Part shown: positions 55,101 through 64,000 of the stretch, piece by piece
How positions within the stretch are numbered: position 1 is the first letter of the stretch
Layout of the letters: every line of letters begins with the position of its first letter
Origin: Klebsiella sp. RIT-PI-d
GTDB lineage: Bacteria; Pseudomonadota; Gammaproteobacteria; Enterobacterales; Enterobacteriaceae
Length of the DNA: 64,000 nt
Direction of reading: 5' to 3'
Assembly (NCBI RefSeq): GCF_001187865.1
Contig: NZ_LGIT01000001.1
Location: forward strand, 42,554-106,553
Position numbers and translations under genes: made by a program
The notes under the pieces: model-generated
The model's database searches: none
What the model saw: only the letters and a program-made list of their open reading frames with translations
Told to the model about the DNA's origin: nothing

Positions 55101-55831
55101 TCGGCGTGGCGCAGGGCATTGTAAAAAGCCTCGGTAGTCTGTCCGGACAGCGTGCGTCCGGACGCGTCGGTGATAGTACCGGAGATCATGATCGGCAGAT
55201 CGACGCCCAGCGCCTCGAACTCTTCTTTTACCGCATAAATCGCCGCTTTGGCATTCAGGGTGTCAAAGATAGTCTCAATCAGGATCAGGTCGCTGCCGCC
55301 TTTAACCAGCGCGTGGGTCGATTCACGATACGCTGCCACCAGCTGATCAAAAGTAACGTTACGGTATGCCGGATCGTTGACATCCGGTGAGATGGACGCC
55401 GTACGGTTAGTTGGACCCAGTACACCCGCCACGTAGCGCGGTTTCTCTGGCGTGCGGGCGGTCCACTCATCGGCACATGCGCGCGCCAGTGTAGCCGCCG
55501 TAAAGTTGATTTCTGCCGACAGGGATTCCATCTGGTAATCCGCCATCGCAATGGTCGTGGAGTTGAAGGTGTTGGTTTCGATAATATCCGCACCCGCCTC
55601 AAAGTAGGCACTGTGGATAGCGGAGATAGTCTCTGGCTGGCTCAATACCAGCAGGTCGTTATTTCCTTTAAGATCGCACGGCCAGTCGGCGAAGCGTTCG
55701 CCACGAAAATCCTGTTCGTCCAGACGATAACCCTGGATCATGGTGCCCATGCCCCCATCCAGAACCAGAATACGCTTGTTTAACTGCGCACGCAGTTGGT
55801 CCACTTTGCTGCTCACACTCGCTCCCGACAA
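52133..55831 (-). CDS. metH: Cobalamin-dependent methionine synthase MetH (1232 aa)
   Basis: Full-length MetH (Hcy, pterin, B12 DxHxxG, AdoMet domains). Confidence 0.97.
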   Translation of the reverse strand: MSGASVSSKVDQLRAQLNKRILVLDGGMGTMIQGYRLDEQDFRGERFADWPCDLKGNNDLLVLSQPETISAIHSAYFEAGADIIETNTFNSTTIAMADYQMESLSAEINFTAATLARACADEWTARTPEKPRYVAGVLGPTNRTASISPDVNDPAYRNVTFDQLVAAYRESTHALVKGGSDLILIETIFDTLNAKAAIYAVKEEFEALGVDLPIMISGTITDASGRTLSGQTTEAFYNALRHADALTFGLNCALGPDELRQYVQELSRIAECYVTAHPNAGLPNAFGEYDLDADTMAAQIREWAQAGFLNIVGGCCGTTPEHIAAMSRAVEGLAPRRLPDIPVACRLSGLEPLNIGDDSLFVNVGERTNVTGSAKFKRLIKEEKYAEALAVARQQVESGAQIIDINMDEGMLDAEAAMVRFLNLIAGEPDIARVPIMIDSSKWDVIEKGLKCIQGKGIVNSISMKEGVEPFIQHAKKVRRYGAAVVVMAFDEQGQADTRARKIEICRRAYAILTKDVGFPPEDIIFDPNIFAVATGIEEHNNYAQDFIGACEDIKRELPHALISGGVSNVSFSFRGNDPVREAIHAVFLYYAIRNGMDMGIVNAGQLAIYDDLPAELRDAVEDVILNRRDDGTERMLELAEKYRGSKTDDTANAQQAEWRSWEVKKRLEYSLVKGITEFIELDTEEARQQADRPIQVIEGPLMDGMNVVGDLFGEGKMFLPQVVKSARVMKQAVAYLEPYIEASKEKGSSNGKMVIATVKGDVHDIGKNIVGVVLQCNNYEIIDLGVMVPAEKILRTAREVNADLIGLSGLITPSLDEMVNVAKEMERQGFTIPLLIGGATTSKAHTAVKIEQNYSGPVVYVQNASRTVGVVAALLSATQCDEFVARTRKEYDTVRIQHGRKKPRTPPVTLEAARENDLAFDWASYTPPVAHRPGVQAVEASIETLRNYIDWTPFFMTWSLAGKYPRILEDEVVGEEARRLFKDANDLLDKLSAEKALNPRGVVGLFPANRVGDDIEIYRDETRTRVLTVSRHLRQQTEKVGFANYCLADFVAPKLSGKADYIGAFAVTGGLEEDALAEAYDAQHDDYNKIMVKAIADRLAEAFAEYLHERVRKVYWGYAPNENLSNEELIRENYQGIRPAPGYPACPEHTEKGTIWELLDVEKHTGMQLTESFAMWPGASVSGWYFSHPDSKYYAVAQIQRDQVEDYARRKGMSVTEVERWLAPNLGYDAD

Positions 55832-55999
55832 TGCTCAACGTAACACGCCATACTGGCACAAAGCGTGCAGGCGGAAAAGAGAGCGCTTTCGAACATGAGA
55901 CAAGTTCATTTTGTACTCATCCGATCAGCACGGTTGTTGTTGCATTATACTTAAATAAAACGAAAATGATTTCCACGATACAGAAAAGGAGTGAGTTAT

Positions 56000-56825
56000 G
56001 GTTGCCCCCGTTCCCGCTAAACGCGGCAGAAAACCTGCCCCGACCACCGCAACACAGGCAACTGGCCAGGTACAGTCGTTAACGCGTGGCCTAAAGTTGC
56101 TGGAGTGGATTGCAGAATCGAACGGCAGCGTCGCGCTTACCGAACTGGCACAGCAGGCTGGTTTACCGAACTCCACAACGCATCGTTTATTAACTACCAT
56201 GCAGCAGCTTGGCTTTGTACGTCAGGTCGGCGATCTGGGCCACTGGTCGGTAGGCGCGCACGCATTTAGGGTTGGCAGCAGTTTTTTGCAAAGCCGTAAT
56301 CTGCTGGCGATTGTCCATCCTATCCTGCGCACGCTGATGGAAGAGTCCGGCGAGACGGTCAATCTGGCGGTACTGGATAAAAGCGATCATCAGGCAATTA
56401 TTGTCGATCAGGTTCAGTGTACCCAGCTTATGCGTATGTCAGCCCCGATTGGCGGTAAATTGCCCATGCACGCTTCCGGCGCCGGAAAAGCGTTTCTCGC
56501 GCAATTAAATGAGGAGCAGGTGACCGAATTGCTGCATCGTCAGGGGCTGCATACCTATACGCATGCCACGCTGGTATCACCGTTGCATCTCAAAGAAGAT
56601 CTGGTCCAGACGCGCAAACGCGGCTATTCGTTTGATGATGAAGAACATGCGCTTGGACTGCGCTGTGTCGCGTCCTGCATCTATGATGAACACCGCGAAC
56701 CTTTTGCAGCGATTTCTATTTCCGGCCCCTGCTCGCGGATCACTGACGACCGGGTGACCGAGTTTGGTGCGATGGTCATTCGGGCGGCAAAAGCGGTCAC
56801 CCTGGCCTACGGCGGTCTGCGCTAA
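56000..56825 (+). CDS. iclR: Glyoxylate-bypass repressor IclR (275 aa)
   Basis: High identity to E. coli IclR. Confidence 0.95.
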
Positions 56826-58569
56826 GCCACGCGTCTCCTGCATTCCGGGCATAGCGTACGCAGAACCGCTGGCGACGGCGGTAAGCGTAAACATCTTCGA
56901 TATGCCCGTCGCGGATGCGCGTTTGTAGTGCTCGCCAGTAATCTGCCCGAAACAGGTCGGCGTGCATCTCTTCAAACAGCGGACCAATGCGCGGATCGGC
57001 GCACAGCCAGTGACGAAATTCCTGCGGGAAAACATCGCCTGGTGACACGCTGTACCAGGGCTCGGCACTCATTTCATCTTCCGGATAGCGCGGCGGTGGA
57101 ATGTCGCGAAAATTCACTTCCGTCATATAACAGATTTCATCATAGTCATAGAACACGACGCGGCCGTGACGGGTAACGCCAAAGTTTTTAAATAACATAT
57201 CGCCGGGAAAAATGTTGGCGGCGGCAAGCTGACGAATGGCATTTCCGTACTCTTCAATGGCATCGCGGAGTTGCTGGCCCTCAACCTGTTCCAGCCACAG
57301 ATTTAACGGCACCATTCGACGCTCTATATAGAGATGGCGGATCGTAATGTGCTCGCCGCAATCAGTTATTTTTTCAGGTACTTCCCTCAGCAGCAGGGCC
57401 ATCAGTGCGGGCGAAATTTGTCGCTTCTCCAGCACAAAGTTTTCAAACTCCTGGGTGTCGGCCATTCGTCCGACGCGATCGTGCTCTTTGACCAGCTGGT
57501 AACAGGAACGTACGTGCGCGGCAGACATCTCTTTCTGCGGGGCAAACCGGTCTTTGATGATTTTGAATACCCGATCAAAGCCTGGCAGTGTAAACACCAG
57601 CATCACCATGCCACGAATGCCGGGGGCTTCAATAAACTGCTCGTCAGAACCGGTCAGGTACGCCAGATATTCACGATAGCTTTCGGTTTTTGCATGTTTC
57701 TGGCAGCCAATCGCCATATACAGCTCGGCGGTGGTTTTTCCGGGCAGGATCTCGCGCAGCCATTCAACCAGCGCCGCAGGCAGCGGTGCGTAAACCATAA
57801 AATAAGAGCGGGCAAAACCGAATACGATACTGGCTTCAGCGATCTCCGTCAGGCAGGCATCAATAATGAGTTCACCGTCATCGGAACGGTGGATGGGCAA
57901 CAGAAAAGGGAGTGTTCCCGATGGCGTAATGAGTTTACCCACCAGCCACGCGGCTTTATTACGGTAAAAAAGCTCGTTAGCGATCTGCAGATGGGCCTGG
58001 TGCAGGATCGCCTCGCCAAAATTTTCGACCAGTTGCCTAATGATATACCTCACGTCACGATCCTTGTCCTGCCAGGGCAGACGCAGCGGCAGATCGCTTA
58101 ACATTTTACCGAGCATAAGTTCCCAGCCGTGCTCCGGCCTGAAGGTTTTTGCCAGCGGGCGGGGAATGGCACGAAACCGTCGTTCCGGCTGTGAACTGAA
58201 AATAAAAAGCCGCTCGGGTGTTAACGAGCGGTGGTCAAATAACCGACAATAGACGGAGTTAAAAAAGCTTTCCGCTATCTCAAAGCGAGGGTAATCCGGT
58301 AATAGTTCCCTGTAGTGCTGCTTTACCCGCAGCAAAAAATCGGCATCGGTGCTTTTGCCGTCGGTGATGCAACGCAATTGTTCTACGACCAGGCCAACGT
58401 GATGATCGTAAAGATGGATACGATTTTTCATCGCCTGTTGAACCGCGTGCCAGTCGGCCTGCTCGAAGCGCTGTTGTGCGCCAGAGGTGACTTCCAGAAA
58501 TCGCCCGTACTGTGCATCGAAGCCTTGCAGAATGGTTTGCGCTATCAATAGTTCCAGGCTTCGCGTCAT
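56797..58569 (-). CDS. aceK: Isocitrate dehydrogenase kinase/phosphatase AceK (590 aa; C-terminal ~12-aa extension overlaps iclR 3' end)
   Basis: Full-length AceK; convergent overlap of 29 nt with iclR. Confidence 0.9.
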   Translation of the reverse strand: MTRSLELLIAQTILQGFDAQYGRFLEVTSGAQQRFEQADWHAVQQAMKNRIHLYDHHVGLVVEQLRCITDGKSTDADFLLRVKQHYRELLPDYPRFEIAESFFNSVYCRLFDHRSLTPERLFIFSSQPERRFRAIPRPLAKTFRPEHGWELMLGKMLSDLPLRLPWQDKDRDVRYIIRQLVENFGEAILHQAHLQIANELFYRNKAAWLVGKLITPSGTLPFLLPIHRSDDGELIIDACLTEIAEASIVFGFARSYFMVYAPLPAALVEWLREILPGKTTAELYMAIGCQKHAKTESYREYLAYLTGSDEQFIEAPGIRGMVMLVFTLPGFDRVFKIIKDRFAPQKEMSAAHVRSCYQLVKEHDRVGRMADTQEFENFVLEKRQISPALMALLLREVPEKITDCGEHITIRHLYIERRMVPLNLWLEQVEGQQLRDAIEEYGNAIRQLAAANIFPGDMLFKNFGVTRHGRVVFYDYDEICYMTEVNFRDIPPPRYPEDEMSAEPWYSVSPGDVFPQEFRHWLCADPRIGPLFEEMHADLFRADYWRALQTRIRDGHIEDVYAYRRRQRFCVRYARNAGDAWLSADRRRPG

Positions 58570-58601
58570 TCTGGCTCCTGTATGTTGGACTTCTCCTCAC
58601 C

Positions 58602-58630
58602 CCTGCCCTCTCCCTGAAAGAGAGGGCAGG
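58602..58630. repeat. aceA-aceK intercistronic hairpin CCTGCCCTCTC-cctgaaa-GAGAGGGCAGG (11-bp stem; CCCTCTCCC-family repeat)
   Basis: Seen directly; an intercistronic REP/stem-loop at aceA-aceK is described in E. coli as modulating differential aceK expression. Confidence 0.5.
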
Positions 58631-58647
58631 AGCGCGGATGCCGTTAT

Positions 58648-59952
58648 TCAGAATTGTGATTCTTCCGTCGATCCGGTCAGCGCGGTCACGGAAGAACTTC
58701 CGCCCTGAATAATGGTGGTCACTTTATCGAAGTATCCGGTGCCGACTTCCTGCTGGTGGGAGACAAAGGTATACCCGTCTTTGCCCGCCGCAAATTCAGG
58801 CTGCTGAACCTTCTCTACGTAGTGCTTCATCCCCTCCCCCTGAGCATAAGCGTGCGCGAGGTCAAACATGTTGAACCACATGCTGTGAATGCCTGCCAGG
58901 GTGATGAACTGGTATTTGTAGCCCATATCCGACAGCTGCTGCTGAAAGCTGGCGATGGTTTCATCATCCAGCTTTTTCTGCCAGTTAAACGACGGCGAGC
59001 AGTTGTAGGCCAGCAGTTTGCCGGGATATTTCGCGTGAATCGCATCGGCAAAGCGCTTCGCCAGCTCAAGATCGGGCGTTGAGGTTTCACACCATACAAG
59101 GTCCGCGTAAGGAGCATAAGCCAGTCCACGACTAATGGCCTGTTCAATACCGGCCTGCGTACGGTAAAACCCTTCGCGAGTACGCTCGCCGGTAATAAAA
59201 CTGCTGTCGTAAGGATCGCAGTCTGAGGTGATCAGATCTGCGGCATCGGCATCGGTGCGGGCAATGACTAATGTCGGAACGCCCATTACGTCCGCGGCCA
59301 GACGCGCCGCCACCAGTTTTTGGATCGCCTCCTGCGTCGGGACCAGTACTTTACCCCCCATGTGACCGCATTTTTTTACCGAGGCCAGCTGATCTTCGAA
59401 GTGAACAGCCGCGGCACCTGCCGTAATCATCGATTTCATCAGTTCATAGGCATTAAGTACCCCACCAAATCCTGCTTCTGCGTCGGCGACGATCGGCAGA
59501 AAGTAATCGATGTAACGCGGATCGGCGGGATCAATGCCGGCCGACCACTGGATCTGATCCGCGCGACGGAAGGTATTGTTGATCCGATCAACGACTGCCG
59601 GAACGGAGTTCGCCGGGTACAGTGATTGATCCGGATACATGCTGGAAGCCAGGTTTGCATCTGCGGCCACCTGCCAGCCGGAGAGGTATATCGCTTCAAT
59701 GCCCGCTTTTGCCTGCTGTAATGCTTGTCCGCCGGTCAGCGCCCCAAGACTGTTGATGTAGCCTTTTTTCGATTCACCGTGTAGCAGCCGCCACATTTTA
59801 GCGGCCCCCAGCTGCGCCAGAGTACACTCGGGATTCACTGAACCGCGCAGTTTTACCACCTCTTCTGCACTGTACGGTCGGTTGATGCCATCCCAGCGCG
59901 GTTGAGTCCATTCCTGCTGTAAATCTTCGATTTGTTGGGTACGTGTTTTCAT
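58648..59952 (-). CDS. aceA: Isocitrate lyase AceA (434 aa)
   Basis: Near-identical to E. coli AceA (KKCGHMGGK active-site motif). Confidence 0.97.
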   Translation of the reverse strand: MKTRTQQIEDLQQEWTQPRWDGINRPYSAEEVVKLRGSVNPECTLAQLGAAKMWRLLHGESKKGYINSLGALTGGQALQQAKAGIEAIYLSGWQVAADANLASSMYPDQSLYPANSVPAVVDRINNTFRRADQIQWSAGIDPADPRYIDYFLPIVADAEAGFGGVLNAYELMKSMITAGAAAVHFEDQLASVKKCGHMGGKVLVPTQEAIQKLVAARLAADVMGVPTLVIARTDADAADLITSDCDPYDSSFITGERTREGFYRTQAGIEQAISRGLAYAPYADLVWCETSTPDLELAKRFADAIHAKYPGKLLAYNCSPSFNWQKKLDDETIASFQQQLSDMGYKYQFITLAGIHSMWFNMFDLAHAYAQGEGMKHYVEKVQQPEFAAGKDGYTFVSHQQEVGTGYFDKVTTIIQGGSSSVTALTGSTEESQF

Positions 59953-60023
59953 CTACAGAGGCTCCATATTCTTTTTATCGGTAAGGTATGTCAGGCCGCG
60001 TATCGCGTTGAGCACAGGAGTAA

Positions 60024-61628
60024 TTACGCCAGCAATCGGTAGCCCGGTAGGGTCAGGAAATCGATTAACTCATCTGAGGTGGTAATTTGTTCCATCAGAC
60101 GTGCAGCGTCATCAAAACGTCCACTACTGAAGCGGTGCTCGCCCAGTTCTTCCTGAATCACCTGCATTTCTTCTGCCAGCATCTGACGAAACAGGGATTT
60201 AGTGACAGGTTTACCGTTACTCAGCGTCTTCTGATGATGGATCCACTGCCAGATTGATGTCCGGGAGATTTCAGCCGTTGCGGCATCTTCCATCAGACCA
60301 TAAATCGGTACGCAGCCATTGCCAGAAATCCATGCCTCGATGTACTGCACCGCCACGCGAATGTTCGCCCGCATTCCCTCTTCAGTACGTTCACCTTCGC
60401 ACGGAGCCAATAGCTGCTCTGCCGTCACCGGTGCATCGTTATGACGGGTGACGGATAGCTGGTTCGGGTTATTACCCAGTACCTCGTTGAAAATGGCCAT
60501 CGCGGTGTCGGCCAGCCCCGGATGAGCAACCCAGGTGCCGTCATGGCCATTGTTAGCTTCCAGCATTTTGTCCGCTTTCACTTTGCCAAGAACCTGAGCG
60601 TTACGCCCGGCATCTTTACTGGGAATAAAAGCCGCCATTCCGCCCATCGCAAATGCGCCGCGCTTGTGACAGGTTTTAATTAACAGACGGGAATAGGCGC
60701 TGAGGAAAGGTTTATCCATGGTTACCACCTGCCGATCGGGCAGCACGCGGTCCGGATAGTTTTTTAACGTTTTGATATAGCTGAAAATATAATCCCAGCG
60801 TCCGCAGTTAAGTCCAACGATGTGATCGCGCAAGGCATACAGGATTTCGTCCATCTGGAAAACAGCGGGTAATGTTTCAATCAGCAATGTCGCTTTGATG
60901 GTTCCACGCGGCAGCTTAAAGCGATCTTCGGTATAACTGAAAACCTCGCTCCACCAGGCGGCTTCCTGCCAGGCCTGCGTTTTCGGCAGATAGAAATAAG
61001 GGCCGCTGCCTTTTGCCAGTAGCGCTTTATGATTGTGGAAAAAATAGAGTGCAAAGTCGAACAGGCTGCCGGGAATAGCCTCCCCACGCCAGGTAACATG
61101 TTTTTCCGGCAGATGCAGGCCGCGTACGCGACATATCAGAACCGCCGGGTTAGGCTTGAGCTGATAAATTTTTCCGGCTTCATTGGTGTGGCTGATAGTG
61201 CCATTAACCGCATCGCGCAGATTGATTTGCCCGTCGATCACTTTGCTCCAGTCTGGCGCCAGTGAGTCTTCGAAATCCGCCATAAATACTTTTACGTTCG
61301 CGTTAAGCGCATTGATCACCATTTTGCGCTCAACCGGGCCAGTGATTTCTACGCGGCGATCCTGCAAATCATCCGGAATCCCGCGAATACGCCACTCACT
61401 ATTTCTAATGGAAGTCGTTTCCGAAATAAAATCTGGTTTATTTCCATTATCGATGGCCTGCTGTTGCTGAAGGCGGGCGGCAAGAAGTTGATTACGTTCT
61501 GGCGCAAAGCGGGCAACTAGTTCCGTCAGAAACTCTACTGCTTCAGGTGTCAGGATCTGCTTATCCTGCGCCCTGCCCGACTGCTTAAAGATCAGTTCAT
61601 CTGTAACGGCTGCCTGTTCTGTCATTAC
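60024..61628 (-). CDS. aceB: Malate synthase A AceB (534 aa; start MTEQAAVTDEL; ORF-track 5' extension not homologous)
   Basis: High identity to E. coli AceB. Confidence 0.95.
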   Translation of the reverse strand, partial: VMTEQAAVTDELIFKQSGRAQDKQILTPEAVEFLTELVARFAPERNQLLAARLQQQQAIDNGNKPDFISETTSIRNSEWRIRGIPDDLQDRRVEITGPVERKMVINALNANVKVFMADFEDSLAPDWSKVIDGQINLRDAVNGTISHTNEAGKIYQLKPNPAVLICRVRGLHLPEKHVTWRGEAIPGSLFDFALYFFHNHKALLAKGSGPYFYLPKTQAWQEAAWWSEVFSYTEDRFKLPRGTIKATLLIETLPAVFQMDEILYALRDHIVGLNCGRWDYIFSYIKTLKNYPDRVLPDRQVVTMDKPFLSAYSRLLIKTCHKRGAFAMGGMAAFIPSKDAGRNAQVLGKVKADKMLEANNGHDGTWVAHPGLADTAMAIFNEVLGNNPNQLSVTRHNDAPVTAEQLLAPCEGERTEEGMRANIRVAVQYIEAWISGNGCVPIYGLMEDAATAEISRTSIWQWIHHQKTLSNGKPVTKSLFRQMLAEEMQVIQEELGEHRFSSGRFDDAARLMEQITTSDELIDFLTLPGYRLLA

Positions 61629-61726
61629 GTTGCTCCTCTTCGTTACTCCGGGATCGTCTTTACGTGAACGGAAGATCGTTGTCGGATTTTTGTTCAGCAA
61701 AACCAAGACTACTTAAATAAATTATA

Positions 61727-61748
61727 AAATCAAAAACTATTTCCATTT
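61727..61748 (-). promoter_or_regulatory. IclR operator (AAAATGGAAATAGTTTTTGATT on aceB coding strand) in aceB promoter
   Basis: Contains TGGAAAT half-site and matches the described E. coli aceBp IclR box region. Confidence 0.45.
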
Positions 61749-61823
61749 TATATTTAAATAGTACTCAATGTGCTGATTACAAAGAGAATAAAATTTTTAT
61801 GGCGAATGAGGATGGTTTCGGAA

Positions 61824-61848
61824 ATAAAAAAGGCACCCGCAGGTGCCT
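61824..61848 (-). terminator. metA Rho-independent terminator (AGGCACC-tgcg-GGTGCCT + T7)
   Basis: Perfect stem then TTTTTTTATTT on minus strand 45 nt after metA stop. Confidence 0.6.
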
Positions 61849-61892
61849 GATTTAGAGAGCTGAAACGCTTTAGGATCGTGCAGAGCAGCTAA

Positions 61893-62822
61893 TTAATCCA
61901 GAGTAGGATTCATATGCCGCAGATCGTATGGAGTGATCTGGTAGACGTAATAGTTAAGCCAGTTGGTAAAGAGTAAATTGCCGTGGCTTCGCCACGTGGC
62001 ATGCGGGGTGTTCTGCGGATCGTTTTTCGGAAAATAATTGTAGGGGACATCAGGGCTAAGCCCGGCCTCTACATCCCGAAAGTATTCGCCTGAAAGGGTG
62101 TCAGCATCATATTCCGGATGACCTGTGACAAAGGCAATACGCTTGTCTTTGCTGGCAAACAGGTAAGCGTCGCCGGCCTCCGTTTCGGCGAAAATCTCTA
62201 GATCGGTATAATCACGAATCAACGCTGCCGGAAAATCAGCAAAGCGTGAATGCGGTGCCAGAAAGGTATCGTCAAAACCCCGGGTTAATAGCGCGTGTGG
62301 ATGTAAAATGTGATGTTCATAGACTCCGGAGAGTTTGTCATTGCGCGTCTGTTTCGGAATGCCGTAGAGAATGTTAAGGGCAGCCTGTACCGCCCAACAG
62401 ACAAATAATGTGGAAGTAACATGCTCTTTGGCCCACTCCAGTACCTGTTTGATTTGCGGCCAAAAGGCGACATCATTGAATTCAACCAGTCCCAGCGGTG
62501 CACCCGTAACAATCAGTCCGTCAAAGTTTTCATCGCGGATATCATCAAAGTTGCAGTAAAAGTTATTCAGATGTTCTACCGGCGTATTACGGGGTTCACG
62601 TGCATCAATGCGCAGTAATCTGATATCGACCTGAAGCGGTGAGTTGGATAGCAGACGCAAAAACTGGTTTTCCGTTTCGATTTTTTTCGGCATCAAATTA
62701 AGAATGAGTACCTTCAGCGGACGAATTTCCTGACCCGTCGCGCGCGAGGCCGTCATAACAAAGACGTTTTCTTCACGCAAAAAATTAACGGCTGGTAATT
62801 CATCCTGCACCCGAATCGGCAT
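61893..62822 (-). CDS. metA: Homoserine O-succinyltransferase MetA (309 aa)
   Basis: Full-length MetA/MetX-less HTS family. Confidence 0.95.
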   Translation of the reverse strand: MPIRVQDELPAVNFLREENVFVMTASRATGQEIRPLKVLILNLMPKKIETENQFLRLLSNSPLQVDIRLLRIDAREPRNTPVEHLNNFYCNFDDIRDENFDGLIVTGAPLGLVEFNDVAFWPQIKQVLEWAKEHVTSTLFVCWAVQAALNILYGIPKQTRNDKLSGVYEHHILHPHALLTRGFDDTFLAPHSRFADFPAALIRDYTDLEIFAETEAGDAYLFASKDKRIAFVTGHPEYDADTLSGEYFRDVEAGLSPDVPYNYFPKNDPQNTPHATWRSHGNLLFTNWLNYYVYQITPYDLRHMNPTLD

Positions 62823-62840
62823 AACTTATATCCTCACTGC

Positions 62841-62872
62841 ATACGTTTAAACGTTTAGACATCCAGACAGCT
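62841..62872 (-). promoter_or_regulatory. Four tandem MetJ boxes (AGCTGTCT GGATGTCT AAACGTTT AAACGTAT) in metA promoter
   Basis: 8-bp tandem repeats of AGACGTCT-like consensus 20-50 nt upstream of metA ATG, as in E. coli. Confidence 0.55.
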
Positions 62873-62977
62873 GACAATACCCAGGAATAGTCATAATGTC
62901 GAGTAAACGGAAGGAAGGTGAGAAAGTTTCACGGCGTGAATTACGTTAAACTATAAGCAGGAGTAAAAGGAGATAAT

Positions 62978-63418
62978 ATGGTTATTAATATTCGCCGTTC
63001 GCAGCAGGGCGAAGCTGATTGTCTGGCTGACATCTGGTGTCGTTCTGTTGATGCCACACACGATTTTCTGACGCCGGCTTATCGCGCAGAGCTGGAAGAG
63101 CTGGTACGGAGTTTTTTGCCTGAAGCGCCGCTGTGGGTTGCCGTAACGGAACAGGATCAGCCGATCGCATTTATGCTGTTAACAGCTCAACATATGGATG
63201 CGCTGTTTGTCGATCCTGATTTTCGTGGTAAAGGGGTAGGTAAAAGATTGGTTGAACATGCACTGACGCTTGCTCCCGAGCTGACTACCGATGTTAATGA
63301 GCAAAATCATCAGGCGGTGGCATTTTATAAAAAGGCAGGTTTTGCTGTGACAGGACGTTCAGAGAAGGACGATCTGGGTCGCCCTTATCCGCTATTGCAT
63401 CTGCGATACACGCGTTAG
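62978..63418 (+). CDS. yjaB: GNAT N-acetyltransferase YjaB (146 aa)
   Basis: Matches YjaB; GNAT motif RGKGVGKRLV. Confidence 0.85.
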   Translation: MVINIRRSQQGEADCLADIWCRSVDATHDFLTPAYRAELEELVRSFLPEAPLWVAVTEQDQPIAFMLLTAQHMDALFVDPDFRGKGVGKRLVEHALTLAPELTTDVNEQNHQAVAFYKKAGFAVTGRSEKDDLGRPYPLLHLRYTR

Positions 63419-63802
63419 CTATTCTTTTTCAAGCATCGTTAGTACAGCGCTATCAGTCAATGGCGCTGTTTGCGCATGAATTTTTATCTGGCGATATTTC
63501 ATTCTCGTGGCACCGGCAATAACTTCCTGCAAAATGCGCTCTTCGACCGGCGATAATCCGCCCTCGTTCATTTCCAGCGCGCTGATTACAATGTCAAAAC
63601 GCCTGCTGCGCAGGAGAGAGGAAATCAAGGTTGCAGGATAAAGTTGCTGGATAAGTCCGGATAATACCTTTTCCGCCTGCAAAAAATCAGCGATCAGCAG
63701 ACGTTGATTGCTAAACGTCGCCTGAGCTGACACGTCTTTTTCCCGGTCAATATCACGCACGGCGATCCGGTTTTTACGTAGCTGAATATACAAAGCAGGC
63801 AT
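63419..63802 (-). CDS. yjaA: Stress-response protein YjaA (127 aa)
   Basis: 127 aa matching YjaA; synteny between 5S rRNA and yjaB. Confidence 0.8.
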   Translation of the reverse strand: MPALYIQLRKNRIAVRDIDREKDVSAQATFSNQRLLIADFLQAEKVLSGLIQQLYPATLISSLLRSRRFDIVISALEMNEGGLSPVEERILQEVIAGATRMKYRQIKIHAQTAPLTDSAVLTMLEKE

Positions 63803-63835
63803 GAAAAACGCCTTTTTTGAGAGTTAAGTAAGAAA

Positions 63836-63866
63836 CGCAAAAAGCCCATCCGTGAGGATGGGCTTT
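63836..63866 (-). terminator. rrn operon distal terminator hairpin (AAAGCCCATCC-tcac-GGATGGGCTTT + T5) downstream of 5S rRNA
   Basis: 11-bp stem followed by TTTTTG on minus strand 12 nt after 5S 3' end. Confidence 0.55.
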
Positions 63867-63877
63867 TTACTTGTTTG

Positions 63878-63997
63878 ATGCCTGGCAGTTCCCTACTCTC
63901 GCATGGGGAGACCCCACACTACCATCGGCGCTACGGCGTTTCACTTCTGAGTTCGGCATGGGGTCAGGTGGGACCGCCGCGCTAGTGCCGCCAGGCA
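63878..63997 (-). rRNA. rrfE: 5S ribosomal RNA (rrf; rrnE-equivalent by synteny with yjaA/metA), complete 120 nt; rest of operon lies beyond window end
   Basis: Reverse complement reads TGCCTGGCGGC...GGGAACTGCCAGGCAT, the enterobacterial 5S rRNA sequence. Confidence 0.9.
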
Positions 63998-64000
63998 AAT

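Overview
The window is a 64-kb enterobacterial chromosomal segment. By protein-level recognition it is syntenic, in inverted orientation, with the E. coli K-12 ~90.5-91.7 min region: soxS(3' end)-pdeC/yjcC-yjcB-[island]-ssb-uvrA-[2 genes]-yjbR-yjbQ-aphA-tyrB-[pnuC/nadR-like]-alr-dnaB-qor-pspG-dusA-[HigBA-like]-zur-yjbJ-lexA-dgkA-plsB-ubiA-ubiC-malM-lamB-malK / malEFG-psiE-yjbHGFE-pgi-lysC-[island]-yjbD-rluF-pepE(pseudogene)-yjbB-[small membrane ORF]-metH-iclR-aceKAB-metA-yjaB-yjaA-5S rRNA. Gene content looks Salmonella/Citrobacter-like rather than K-12: xylE, arpA, yjbI and yjbL/yjbM are absent and a PanS-like transporter is present. SPI-4 is not present at the ssb-yjcB hotspot, where a two-gene AbiE-like module sits instead, and dinF is missing downstream of lexA. 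Non-core insertions are:
1. An AbiEii (DUF1814 nucleotidyltransferase) toxin-like gene with an unusually long AbiEi-like partner carrying an N-terminal PD-(D/E)xK-like domain.
2. A lipoprotein plus hypothetical pair after uvrA.
3. A pnuC-like/nadR-like (HTH-less) pair apparently co-transcribed with alr.
4. A HigB2/HigA2-like TA pair.
5. The most interesting: an orphan RtcR-family CARF/sigma-54 activator divergently facing a near-consensus sigma-54 promoter that drives a ~330-nt GC-rich structured leader containing a perfect tRNA T-arm mimic, followed by a cytoplasmic SPFH/band-7 protein instead of RtcBA, with a small CysE-like acetyltransferase and the panS-like gene next to it.
6. An orphan 149-aa membrane protein gene right after metH.
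Several regulatory sites are identifiable from sequence: LexA boxes for uvrA/ssb and lexA, MalT/CRP region of malK-malE, MetJ boxes upstream of metA, IclR box at aceB, the REP in malE-malF and several intrinsic terminators. A canonical lysine riboswitch could not be recognised in the short pgi-lysC intergenic region.
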